From positions 1-64,000 of the forward strand of contig JBDKRC010000137.1 in the NCBI GenBank assembly GCA_039683575.1: DNA of 64,000 bases, written 5' to 3'. The DNA is from Armatimonadia bacterium. GTDB taxonomy: Bacteria; Armatimonadota; Zipacnadia; Zipacnadales; UBA11051. The position numbers and the translations under genes were made by a program. The stretch's first letter is position 1, and every line of letters begins with the position of its first letter. Shown piece after piece: positions 51,872-61,595 of the stretch. The notes under the pieces are model-generated. The model was not told where the DNA came from. It did not search any database and saw only the letters and a list, made by a program, of their open reading frames with translations.

Positions 51872-52185
51872 TTGCTTTCTCCTCCATATTATTCCCTTCG
51901 GAACTGGCCATGGTGAGATACCTCATCACATGGCTGTCCCGCGGGAGCCGCGCCCTGGGGAGAAGCTCGCTGAAGTATCCATGTTCCCTTCAGGCTGTTC
52001 TCGATTCGGGCCGTGCTTCCGCTCTCCAAGCGTTGGGACCTGACGATCTGGCAGGAGTCCCTCCCTTCGTTGCCGATTTGGACCGTCAGAACGCGAGAAT
52101 ACTGATCTGTTTGCGACTGCGGAAGGGAAGGCTCCCTTCCGGTACGGCCTTGCGAATAGACGCAGCCTGAACTCCTCTGCGCCAT
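51872..52185 (-). promoter_or_regulatory. Long structured 5' leader of the SLH-porin mRNA
   Basis: About 310 nt between predicted promoter and ATG; nested inverted repeats 51989-51997/52163-52171 and 52009-52014/52144-52149 plus local hairpins. Confidence 0.55.
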
Positions 52186-52190
52186 GAAAT

Positions 52191-52219
52191 AGACTAACAC
52201 CGCGCTATGGGCGAGTCAA
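52191..52219 (-). promoter_or_regulatory. Sigma-70 promoter for the SLH-porin gene
   Basis: TTGACT-N17-TAGTCT with TGn extension. Confidence 0.7.
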
Positions 52220-52230
52220 TAAGCATCGTC

Positions 52231-52803
52231 TTAATCTTCTACTCCGCCTTTGGGCGACGCAGTTGACTTACCCGTATGATACGTGGCTGACTTGCCGTCG
52301 GTTGTTCCCTTAGACAGGTCTGTGGGCCTGTCGTTGCAGACTTTGGGTGGCTGATCTAATGGTCGAAGTTTGAAGAAACACAGCAGCACCTCACCCAGGC
52401 AATGCAGGTTGCGTGCGCTGGAGACGCGCTGCTGGTTGATCCAGTTCCGGAAGCGATGGGGTTGGTCGGGGGGGGTAACAGGCGGCGCCGGCTCCACAAC
52501 CACTTGCCCCACGCTCTGGCCAGGCTTGACCATGCCGGTGTACTTATAGACGGCCCACTCAGTGCCTTGTGCGGTCTTGAGATACGCGACTTCGGCCGCA
52601 AGCGCCTCATTGTTATTGATCCGGCGCTGATACTCACAGGAATCAGCGACGATGCTCCGGGAAACCTGTATCCCGTGAGCCACCGGGCGGAAGAAACGCG
52701 TGCCCAGGCTGAGCCCCAGGCCGATCACGCCAACCAAGGCCCAGGTCAAGGCGGTTCTGCCCAGCGGAGGGGTTCGACCCTCTACGGCCGCCGGTGCAAC
52801 CAT
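52231..52803 (-). CDS. Divergent FtsB/DivIC-like bitopic membrane protein
   Basis: One TM helix then N..L..EV.YLKT..G.E......GMVKPG; lies downstream of eno, as ftsB often does. Confidence 0.55.
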   Translation of the reverse strand: MVAPAAVEGRTPPLGRTALTWALVGVIGLGLSLGTRFFRPVAHGIQVSRSIVADSCEYQRRINNNEALAAEVAYLKTAQGTEWAVYKYTGMVKPGQSVGQVVVEPAPPVTPPDQPHRFRNWINQQRVSSARNLHCLGEVLLCFFKLRPLDQPPKVCNDRPTDLSKGTTDGKSATYHTGKSTASPKGGVED

Positions 52804-52863
52804 CCACTACTCCTCTATGTCATCAACTGGGCTGCAACAGAGAAGCGCCTGCGTCGTGACGAG

Positions 52864-52892
52864 ATTATATCCTGTTGAAGAACAGGAAGCAA
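52864..52892 (-). promoter_or_regulatory. Sigma-70 promoter with palindromic spacer
   Basis: TTGCTT-N17-TATAAT; TCCTGTT-gaag-AACAGGA at 52870-52887. Confidence 0.65.
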
Positions 52893-52946
52893 CCCATCAA
52901 GGGTGCTTTCTTCCAGAAACACCTGAAATTGCGGATAGACAAACGC

Positions 52947-52975
52947 AAAAGCGGGAGGGGCCAAGCCCCTCCCGC
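52947..52975 (-). terminator. Intrinsic terminator after eno
   Basis: GCGGGAGGGGC-3 nt-GCCCCTCCCGC followed by U4 on the minus strand. Confidence 0.8.
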
Positions 52976-52997
52976 GGGTGTGACTCAGGGGTCGAGA

Positions 52998-54356
<1,359 letters not shown>

Positions 54357-55430
54357 TTAGCGCCTGCACTCGCTGATGGCGTCGGTAAAGACCATTACCA
54401 GGTCCTCCGCGGCGCCCTGCGGGCTGAAATCTCTCTCAATCAGCGGCGGGGCCCACTGGCACGTTGGCTCCTGCTTCCAGGCGTCATAGGCTTCGAGCAG
54501 ATTGCCCGTGTAGTCTTCCGCCGTTCCCTGGCCCGGCGCCGCATGGTCGCCGAAGTTGGCGTCACGGGCTGCGATGAAGTTGCTCTCGCGCAGATAGCCG
54601 ATCAGACCCATGCTACCCGCGGCGATCACGTGCCGCCCGCAGGCCAGTGCCTCCAGGGCCACGTAGCCTGTTCCGACCACGACCGCCGCATTGTGGTAGA
54701 CGTCCTCGACATCGAAGCGCGGCCCAGTGACCTCGACGGCCTGCCGACCCAGCATTGAGTTGATCTCAGCCGCTCTCTGCCGGACTTTGCCAACCTGTGA
54801 ACGTCCCCCGACAATCTGAAGCTTCAGACCCGGGATCTGCTCATTCAGCGCCAACACCGCTTCCATGAGCGCGTAGGCGGGGCGGGACTTCACTTTCGAG
54901 AGCCGCGCCACGTAGGCCACCGTGAAGCCTTCACCCGGTGCCGCGTCGCGCTGCTGAAAGCGCGTGACATCGACGGGCAGGTACGATACTACAGTCTTCT
55001 CGGCCACACCGGGGACCTGTGACACCCAGCGGCCGGTCGTGACATTGAGCGCCACCACGCGCGTAGCCGCCTCCAGGCCCGGCGTCGCCTCCTGCAGGTT
55101 TATGAGGCCATGGACGTGTGACACCAGAGGTATGCCAAGGCGCTGGCACACTGTCGCCGCCGCGTTTGTGGCGCTGATCCCGTGGGCATTGACTACATCG
55201 ATACCAAGCGCGCGCACCAGACCCGGCAACTGGCTGCGCACGAGTACCGAACCTGGGAGGTTGAGGAACACTTTTCCCGCGCAGGCTTGCCTCATGGCCT
55301 TGCGATATGGCCCCAGGCCTACCATCAGATGCACGCGGTGCCCGAGTGCTTCCAGGGCAGGCATCACGGTGCACTTGTAGGTGTTGCCGCCGCCAATCTG
55401 GGCGTTGCGGCCAAGCATGAGGACATTCAT
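54357..55430 (-). CDS. Glycosyltransferase family 4 (GT-B)
   Basis: GG N-terminal motif, DVVNAH, SHVHG, VDVTRF, YVARL, VALEALACGR. Confidence 0.85.
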   Translation of the reverse strand: MNVLMLGRNAQIGGGNTYKCTVMPALEALGHRVHLMVGLGPYRKAMRQACAGKVFLNLPGSVLVRSQLPGLVRALGIDVVNAHGISATNAAATVCQRLGIPLVSHVHGLINLQEATPGLEAATRVVALNVTTGRWVSQVPGVAEKTVVSYLPVDVTRFQQRDAAPGEGFTVAYVARLSKVKSRPAYALMEAVLALNEQIPGLKLQIVGGRSQVGKVRQRAAEINSMLGRQAVEVTGPRFDVEDVYHNAAVVVGTGYVALEALACGRHVIAAGSMGLIGYLRESNFIAARDANFGDHAAPGQGTAEDYTGNLLEAYDAWKQEPTCQWAPPLIERDFSPQGAAEDLVMVFTDAISECRR

Positions 55431-55552
55431 CAGCCGGTTTTCCTTCGTCAGCACATGGGCCGGGAGGGACACAGGCGTCACCACCTGGCGCCTTCCCGGC
55501 CCTGTGTGCGAGCCGAACGTTACGTCGCGTTCAGCGCTTGTGCTTATTCAGG

Positions 55553-58267
55553 CTACTCGCCGAGGCTGCCGGCGCCGCCGATGTTGGCCTGAGCGGCCGC
55601 GAGGCGTGCGATGGGCACACGCAGCGGGCTGCAGCTCACGTAGTTCAGGCCGACCTTGTGGCAGAACTCGACGGACTTGGGGTCGCCGCCGTGCTCGCCG
55701 CAGATGCCGAGCTCGAGCTTCGCGTTCGAAGCGCGGCCCTTCTTGCAGGCCATGTCCACGAGACCGCCAACGCCACGGGTGTCCAGGGTCTCGAAGGGGC
55801 TGACCTGGAAGATCCGCTGCGTGACGTAGGAGGGGAAGAACTTGCCCTCGACGTCGTCGCGGGAGAACCCGAACGCGGTCTGCGTGAGGTCGTTGGTGCC
55901 GAAGGACACGAACTGCGCGATCTGAGCGATCTCGTCAGCGATGACGCACGCGCGCGGCAGCTCGATCATCGTGCCGATCATGTACTCGACTTCGACCTTC
56001 TTGGCAGCCATGACTTCCTTGGCCACGCGGTTGGTGTACTCGAAGCAGATCTCGAGCTCGCCCAGGAGGCTGACCAGCGGGATCATGACTTCGGGGATGG
56101 GGTTGAGGCCCTTCTTCTTCAGGTCGCAAGCGGCCTCGAAGATCGCGCGGACCTGCATCTCGTAGATCTCGGGGAAGGTGACGCCGAGGCGGCAGCCGCG
56201 GTGGCCGAGCATCGGGTTGAGCTCGTGCAGGCTGGCGGCCTTGTCCTGGATCTCCTTGACCGTCTTGCCAGTGGCAGCGGCACACTCCTTGAGCGTGTCA
56301 GGGGTGTTGGGCAGGAACTCATGCAGCGGCGGGTCCAGCAGGCGGATGATGACGGGCTTGCCGTCCATGGCCTTGAGGATGCCCAGGAAGTCCTTCTTCT
56401 GGAAGGGCAGGAGCTCCTTGGCCGCGGCGGTCCGCTCTTCGACGGTGTCGGACAGGATCATCTTGCGGAACGTGAGGATCCGGTCTTCGCCAAAGAACAT
56501 GTGCTCGGTGCGGGTCAGGCCGATGCCCTCAGCGCCCAGAGCGATTGCCAGCGCGCTGTCTTCGGGGGTGTCAGCGTTGGTGCGCACGCCCAGCCTGCGG
56601 TTCTCGTCGGCCCACTGCATCAGACGCGAGAAGTAGCCATACAGCGGGTCCTTCTGCGCCTTCTTGTTGCCCTTGAGGGCGAGGATGACGGGGCTGTCGC
56701 CGGTCGGTACGTCGCCCGCCATGACTTCGCCGGTGGCGCCGTCAATGGAGATGTACTCGCCCTGCTTGACGACTTTGCCGCCGACGGTGAACTGCTTCTT
56801 CTTGTAGTCGATCTCGATCGCGCTGCAGCCGACGACGCACGGCTTGCCCATCTGGCGGCCCACAACGGCGGCGTGGGAGGTCTTGCCACCGAACTGGGTC
56901 AGAATGCCCTGCGCGGCCGCCATGCCACGGATGTCCTCGGGGGAGGTCTCCGTGCGGACCAGCACTACGCGGTTGCCCTTCTCGGCTTCCTTGACGGCGT
57001 CGGCGGCGAGGAATACGACTTCGCCAGCGGCAGCGCCGGGAGAGGCCGGAACGCCCTTGCCCATGGCCTTCGGCTTGGCCTTGGAGTCAAACTGCGGGTG
57101 CAGGACCTGGTCGAGCTGGTCCGGCGGTACGAGCATGACAGCGTCCTGCGGGGTGATTGCGCCCTCGTCAACGAGGTCCACAGCGATCTTCAACGCGGCC
57201 TGCGCGGTGCGCTTGCCGTTGCGGGTCTGCAGCATGTAGAGCGTGCCCTTTTCGACCGTGAACTCTACGTCCTGCATGTTCTTGTAGTGCTTCTCGAGCT
57301 TCTGGGTGATGGCGATGAACTGGTCGTAGACCTTCTTGTTCAGCTTCGCCAGCTCGGAGATGGGCATGGGGGTGCGGATGCCGGCCACGACGTCCTCGCC
57401 CTGCGCATTCTGCAGGTACTCGCCGTACATGACCTTCTCGCCGGTTGCGGGGTCGCGGGTGAACGCAACGCCGGTGCCGGAGTCGTCGCCCATGTTGCCA
57501 AAGACCATCGTCTGCACGTTGACCGCGGTGCCCCAGTCGTGCGGGATCTTGTTCATGTTGCGGTACGCGATGGCGCGGTCATTGTTCCACGAGCCAAAAA
57601 CGGCGCTGACGCCGGCCATGAGCTGCGTGCGGGCATCCTGCGGGAAGTCCTTGCCGAGGGCCTTCTTGTAGGTGGCCTTCTCGAGTTCGACAACCTTGCG
57701 CAGGCCGGCGGCGGAGACTTCGGTGTCTTCCTTGACGCCCTCTTCCTTCTTGACCTGATCCAGGCAGGCCTCGAAGTCGTGGCGCTTGACGCCCATGACA
57801 ACGTCACCGAACATCATGATCAGGCGGCGATAGGCGTCGAAGACGAACCGCTCGTTGCCGGTGGCCTTAACCATGGCCTCGGCGACGACGTCATTCATGC
57901 CAACGTTGAGCACGGTGTCCATCATGCCGGGCATGGACTCGCGGGCGCCGGAGCGAACCGAGACCAGCAGCGGGTTCTTGGGGTCGCCAAACTTCTTGCC
58001 CGTCTGCTTCTCGAGCTCAGCGGTGCACTTGTCGATCTCTTTCTCGAGGCCGGCGGGAAACTGGTTGCCGTTCTTGGTGTAGGCGATGCACTCGGCAGTG
58101 GTCACGGTGAACCCGGGCGGCACGGGCACGCCAAGGGTCATCATGATGTTCAGGTTGGCACCCTTGCCGCCAAGCAGGTCCTTGAGCGCCTGACCGTCTT
58201 TCTTCAGCTCAGCGGCCAATGCATTGGCATCGTCTGTAAACATGTAAACCGGCTTATACTTGCCCAT
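55553..58267 (-). CDS. ppdK: Pyruvate phosphate dikinase
   Basis: LLGGKGANL, VSVRSGA..SMPGMMDT, GGKTSHAAVV, TRTEHMF, NPMLGHRGCR, GTNDLTQ, CGEHGG. Confidence 0.98.
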   Translation of the reverse strand: MGKYKPVYMFTDDANALAAELKKDGQALKDLLGGKGANLNIMMTLGVPVPPGFTVTTAECIAYTKNGNQFPAGLEKEIDKCTAELEKQTGKKFGDPKNPLLVSVRSGARESMPGMMDTVLNVGMNDVVAEAMVKATGNERFVFDAYRRLIMMFGDVVMGVKRHDFEACLDQVKKEEGVKEDTEVSAAGLRKVVELEKATYKKALGKDFPQDARTQLMAGVSAVFGSWNNDRAIAYRNMNKIPHDWGTAVNVQTMVFGNMGDDSGTGVAFTRDPATGEKVMYGEYLQNAQGEDVVAGIRTPMPISELAKLNKKVYDQFIAITQKLEKHYKNMQDVEFTVEKGTLYMLQTRNGKRTAQAALKIAVDLVDEGAITPQDAVMLVPPDQLDQVLHPQFDSKAKPKAMGKGVPASPGAAAGEVVFLAADAVKEAEKGNRVVLVRTETSPEDIRGMAAAQGILTQFGGKTSHAAVVGRQMGKPCVVGCSAIEIDYKKKQFTVGGKVVKQGEYISIDGATGEVMAGDVPTGDSPVILALKGNKKAQKDPLYGYFSRLMQWADENRRLGVRTNADTPEDSALAIALGAEGIGLTRTEHMFFGEDRILTFRKMILSDTVEERTAAAKELLPFQKKDFLGILKAMDGKPVIIRLLDPPLHEFLPNTPDTLKECAAATGKTVKEIQDKAASLHELNPMLGHRGCRLGVTFPEIYEMQVRAIFEAACDLKKKGLNPIPEVMIPLVSLLGELEICFEYTNRVAKEVMAAKKVEVEYMIGTMIELPRACVIADEIAQIAQFVSFGTNDLTQTAFGFSRDDVEGKFFPSYVTQRIFQVSPFETLDTRGVGGLVDMACKKGRASNAKLELGICGEHGGDPKSVEFCHKVGLNYVSCSPLRVPIARLAAAQANIGGAGSLGE

Positions 58268-58343
58268 CGACACAAACCTCCCAAGTTATCTCTAACACTG
58301 CGCGGCTATGGCGCTTGTGTTGGTTCCGACCAAGACTCTCTGT

Positions 58344-58613
58344 CTACAACTCCACCTCGACCCGCTCTTCCCTTAGCAGCCGCCGGTAGTCATCGCGCTT
58401 GTCTCGCGCCACCGGCCGCTCTGGGAGCCCCAGCACCTCCCACTCGGCCACCTTCAGTCCCAGCTTCAGCGTGATCTTCTGCCCCACTCGCACCTCAGCG
58501 CTGGGCTTGGCCCGCTTGCCATCAATCTCCACGAGCCCCGCGTCGGATGCTTGCTTGGCCCGCTCGCGACGAGGTACGAGGCCCGTGTTCTGAAGGAACT
58601 TATCAAGTCTCAT
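58344..58613 (-). CDS. S4-domain RNA-binding protein (YabO/RqcP/Hsp15-like)
   Basis: MRLDKFL...LV.RR..AK....G.V.IDG..AKPS.EVRVG. Confidence 0.88.
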   Translation of the reverse strand: MRLDKFLQNTGLVPRRERAKQASDAGLVEIDGKRAKPSAEVRVGQKITLKLGLKVAEWEVLGLPERPVARDKRDDYRRLLREERVEVEL

Positions 58614-59388
58614 GTGCATTCCGCCGCTCGTCGGCCTTTGCCTGCTCCCAAAGCACGTCCATCTCTGGCAGAGTCATCTGCGCGAGCTTTCGGCCCTGTG
58701 CTTTGGCCTGCGCCTCGACGTTGCGGAAGCGCCGCGAGAAACGCGCATTGGCCTGGCGCAGCGCGCTCTCGGGGTCCACTTTCAGGAAGCGGGCATAGTT
58801 GCAGACGGCGAAGAGCAGGTCGCCAATCTCATGTATGGCTTCGGCGGGGGATGCGGCTGCTTGCGCCTCTTGAAGCTCTTCCTCAATCTTGGCCAGGGGG
58901 CCCTGATAGTCTTCCCAGTCGAAGCCTACCTTAGCCGCCTTCTTCTGCAACTTATCCGCCTGCTGCAACGCCGGCAGGTTGTGCGGCACGCCATCGAGTG
59001 CCGACTCCCGATCCTGATGCTCGTCTTCAGCCCGCTTAAGTCGCTCCCAGTTCGTCAGCACCTCGTCAGCGCCGCTCACCGTCACCTCGCCAAAGACGTG
59101 CGGGTGGCGGTATTCAAGCTTGTCACTGATCTTGCGGCACACATCCTGAATATCAAAGAGACCGGTCTCGGCAGCCAGTTGGGCATGGAAGACCACCTGC
59201 AGAAGCAGGTCACCAAGCTCGCCCGGAAGCCGCTCCAGGTCGCCTTCATCTATTGCTTCGAGGACTTCGTACGCTTCTTCGAGCAGATACGGCCGTAGCG
59301 ATTCGTGGGTCTGCTGCGCATCCCAGGGGCACCCATCCGGGCCCCGCAGACGCGCCATGATGTCTATCAGGCGGTCAAATTCGCTCAT
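58603..59388 (-). CDS. mazG: Nucleoside triphosphate pyrophosphohydrolase
   Basis: LRGPDGCPWD..QTH.SL..YLLEEAYEV, ELGDLLLQVVFH, RHPHVF, EIGDLLF. Confidence 0.95.
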   Translation of the reverse strand: MSEFDRLIDIMARLRGPDGCPWDAQQTHESLRPYLLEEAYEVLEAIDEGDLERLPGELGDLLLQVVFHAQLAAETGLFDIQDVCRKISDKLEYRHPHVFGEVTVSGADEVLTNWERLKRAEDEHQDRESALDGVPHNLPALQQADKLQKKAAKVGFDWEDYQGPLAKIEEELQEAQAAASPAEAIHEIGDLLFAVCNYARFLKVDPESALRQANARFSRRFRNVEAQAKAQGRKLAQMTLPEMDVLWEQAKADERRNAHET

Positions 59389-59438
59389 TTTACTGCCAGC
59401 ACGCAACGACCGCCGGGGGTCCGGCGGATCGGGCGGTT

Positions 59439-59447
59439 ATCATACCA
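59439..59447 (-). promoter_or_regulatory. Extended -10 element upstream of mazG
   Basis: TGGTATGAT on the minus strand, about 50 bp before the ATG. Confidence 0.45.
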
Positions 59448-59514
59448 CATCAGAGACAGCGAAGGCTACACCCTATGCCGCTGCGGGCTCAGGAGCCCTG
59501 CGCAGACACCCCAA

Positions 59515-59542
59515 TAGGGCAGGCGTATGGTGCCTGCCCTAC
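59515..59542. repeat. GTAG-type REP-like hairpin
   Basis: Minus strand GTAGGGCAGGC-accatac-GCCTGCCCTA; shares AGGGCAGGCG with 1222-1231. Confidence 0.6.
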
Positions 59543-59576
59543 TGGTTCGGTGCAGAGTTTGCGGGTTGTGATGAGC

Positions 59577-60623
59577 CTAGCTCGCCGGAACGGCGGGCGC
59601 AGCGGGCTGCTGGCCGGCCGGCGGGGCTGGGGCAGCGGGCTGCCCGGCCGGGGCCGGAGCAGCCGCGGGAGCCTTTGCACCCTCAGGCCGCTGCTCGCCA
59701 AAGGACGGCAGCGCCTGCTGCGGCTTGCCAAACATCTTCTCCATGTCCTTGTACTTCGGATCCAGGATCTGAACGCGAGCCGTATTGCGGGCTTCCTCGA
59801 TGATATCCTGAACCTGGCGCGCGTTCTGCAGCACATACTGCTCCTTCACGCGCTCCTTGATCTTCGGGTTGCTGAAGTCGGCCTTCTCCGCCGGGTTCTT
59901 GGCATCCAGCTTGACGATATACCATTGGCTGTCAGCCTTGATCGGCTGGCTGATCTGCCCGACTGTCATGTTGGCAACGATGCCGCGCAGTCCCTCAGGC
60001 ATGACCTGCGTGATCGGCTCTTCAGGGCGAACGCCGCCGCGCTCACGGGTGTAGCCGGAAAGGGAATTCTGCCGGGCCAGTGTCGCAAAGGAGGCCTTCG
60101 GATCGTTGAGTTGCTGCCTGATCTGGTCGGCCTTGGCCTTGTCAGCTACCACGATCTCGGAGAGAGTGACCGTCGCCGGGCGACCGAACTGCATTCGGTA
60201 CTTCTCAAAGAACTTCTGCAGGTCCTGATCGGTGTACTTGACGTCCTTCTCAGCCAGCTTTTTGACCTTGAGTTGGAACGTCACGAAATCCTTGAACTGG
60301 ACTTCAGTCATGCCCTGCTGCTTGAGAAAGCCCTGCCACGCCGCATCGTCCGGGGCGCGCTCACGCAGCTTCTGAATCTCGCCATTGATCTCGGCATCCG
60401 TAACCTGCAGCTTGGCCGCGTCGAACTGTGACTGCAGCATACGCCGTGCGATCAGGTCCGCCAGCACCTGCTGGCCGCCCGTCTGCTCCAGCCGATCGTA
60501 GAATTCCTTCTTGCTGATCCGGCTGCCATTGACGATGGCAACAGGCTGATTGCTGCAGCCGATGACCGTCAAGGTCGCCACCGCTGCCAAGAGCACCGAC
60601 AACGACCGGCATAGCTTGCGCAA
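59577..60623 (-). CDS. prsA: PrsA/SurA-like parvulin peptidyl-prolyl isomerase lipoprotein
   Basis: Lipobox VIGC, VAIVNG, FATLARQNS..RGG, VGQISQPI; TTG start; Pro/Ala-rich tail. Confidence 0.8.
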   Translation of the reverse strand: MRKLCRSLSVLLAAVATLTVIGCSNQPVAIVNGSRISKKEFYDRLEQTGGQQVLADLIARRMLQSQFDAAKLQVTDAEINGEIQKLRERAPDDAAWQGFLKQQGMTEVQFKDFVTFQLKVKKLAEKDVKYTDQDLQKFFEKYRMQFGRPATVTLSEIVVADKAKADQIRQQLNDPKASFATLARQNSLSGYTRERGGVRPEEPITQVMPEGLRGIVANMTVGQISQPIKADSQWYIVKLDAKNPAEKADFSNPKIKERVKEQYVLQNARQVQDIIEEARNTARVQILDPKYKDMEKMFGKPQQALPSFGEQRPEGAKAPAAAPAPAGQPAAPAPPAGQQPAAPAVPAS

Positions 60624-60662
60624 AAGAATCGCCTCTTTCCTGTGAATGGGCCGTCCACCATG

Positions 60663-60695
60663 CAGGCCATTGATGGCCTACAGGCCATTGATGGC
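60663..60695. repeat. Tandem palindromic direct repeat
   Basis: CAGGCCATTGATGGC at 60663 and 60681 (18-bp period); each contains GCCAT-tg-ATGGC. Confidence 0.8.
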
Positions 60696-60771
60696 TCAAG
60701 CGCGCCCAGAACGCACGACAGCAGCGCGAGGACAGGCAACAACGTGCCTGCTCGCCCTGCACGTTCGCCGC

Positions 60772-60800
60772 ATTATAGCAGAAGACTCTGGAAAACTAAA
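60772..60800 (-). promoter_or_regulatory. Extended -10 promoter upstream of prsA
   Basis: TTTAGT-N17-TATAAT with TGc extension. Confidence 0.65.
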
Positions 60801-60833
60801 CAAGCAAATAGTGGGAAGAAGTGCCCGGCCGGG

Positions 60834-61595
60834 CTAATCAAGCCGCAATTCCCGCTGCACCGAGGCTCGCAGCCGGGCCGTGGCCTGAGTGTGGATCTGG
60901 CAGATCCGGGACTCGGTGACGCCCATGATCTCGCCAATCTCCTTGAGGGTCAGTTCCTGCTCATAGTAGAGGCTTATTACCGTCCGTTCACGGTCTGGCA
61001 GAGCCAGGACCGCCGCTGCCACGAGCCGCCGCAACTCCACCTTCTCCATCACCGCCAGTGGGTCTGCGAACTCTTCGGAGACCTCGATACCGGCATAGTC
61101 AGCGATCTCATGCGGCTCATCCCCCAGCAGCAACTCCTCGATCGAGCCGATGGTAGCGATGCTTGCCGCGGACAGGAAACGATGATACTCCGGCAATTCC
61201 ATCCCCATTGCCTCGGCGACTTCCTCCTCCTCCGGAGCACGCAGTAGCCGCCCTTCCAACTCGTTGATGACTTCCGCCAGTTGCCGCAGCTTGCGGCGCA
61301 TGCTCCGCGGGGCCCAATCCTTGGCTCTCAGCGACTCCATGACCTCGCCCCGCACTACCGTGGTGGCATAGGTCTCAAACTTCACTCCGCGGTCCGGGTC
61401 GAAGCGATCCACGGCCTTGATCAGGCCGAGAATGCCCGCTGACACCAGGTCCTCGCGGTCCACGTTGTTCGGCAGATGGGTGGTGATGCGGCCGACAACA
61501 TACTTCACAATCCTGACGTGGTCACGGATCACCTGCTCGCGCTCTGCAGGCGTCTGGCACCACTCAGCAACTATCTGCCGAACCGTAGCGCTCAG
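60834..61595 (-). CDS. fliA: FliA/WhiG-family sigma factor (sigma-28), probable CTG start
   Basis: EDLVSAGILGLIKAVDRFDPDRGVKFETYA, DWAPRS, LYYEQELTLKEIGEIMGVTESRICQIH; AAAGGAGG 7 nt before the CTG at 61595. Confidence 0.88.
   Translation of the reverse strand: MSATVRQIVAEWCQTPAEREQVIRDHVRIVKYVVGRITTHLPNNVDREDLVSAGILGLIKAVDRFDPDRGVKFETYATTVVRGEVMESLRAKDWAPRSMRRKLRQLAEVINELEGRLLRAPEEEEVAEAMGMELPEYHRFLSAASIATIGSIEELLLGDEPHEIADYAGIEVSEEFADPLAVMEKVELRRLVAAAVLALPDRERTVISLYYEQELTLKEIGEIMGVTESRICQIHTQATARLRASVQRELRLD

Noticed and set aside
55538-58474. 978-aa ORF antisense to ppdK
   Set aside because: Mirror-frame shadow of a strongly codon-biased high-GC gene; no motifs or RBS.
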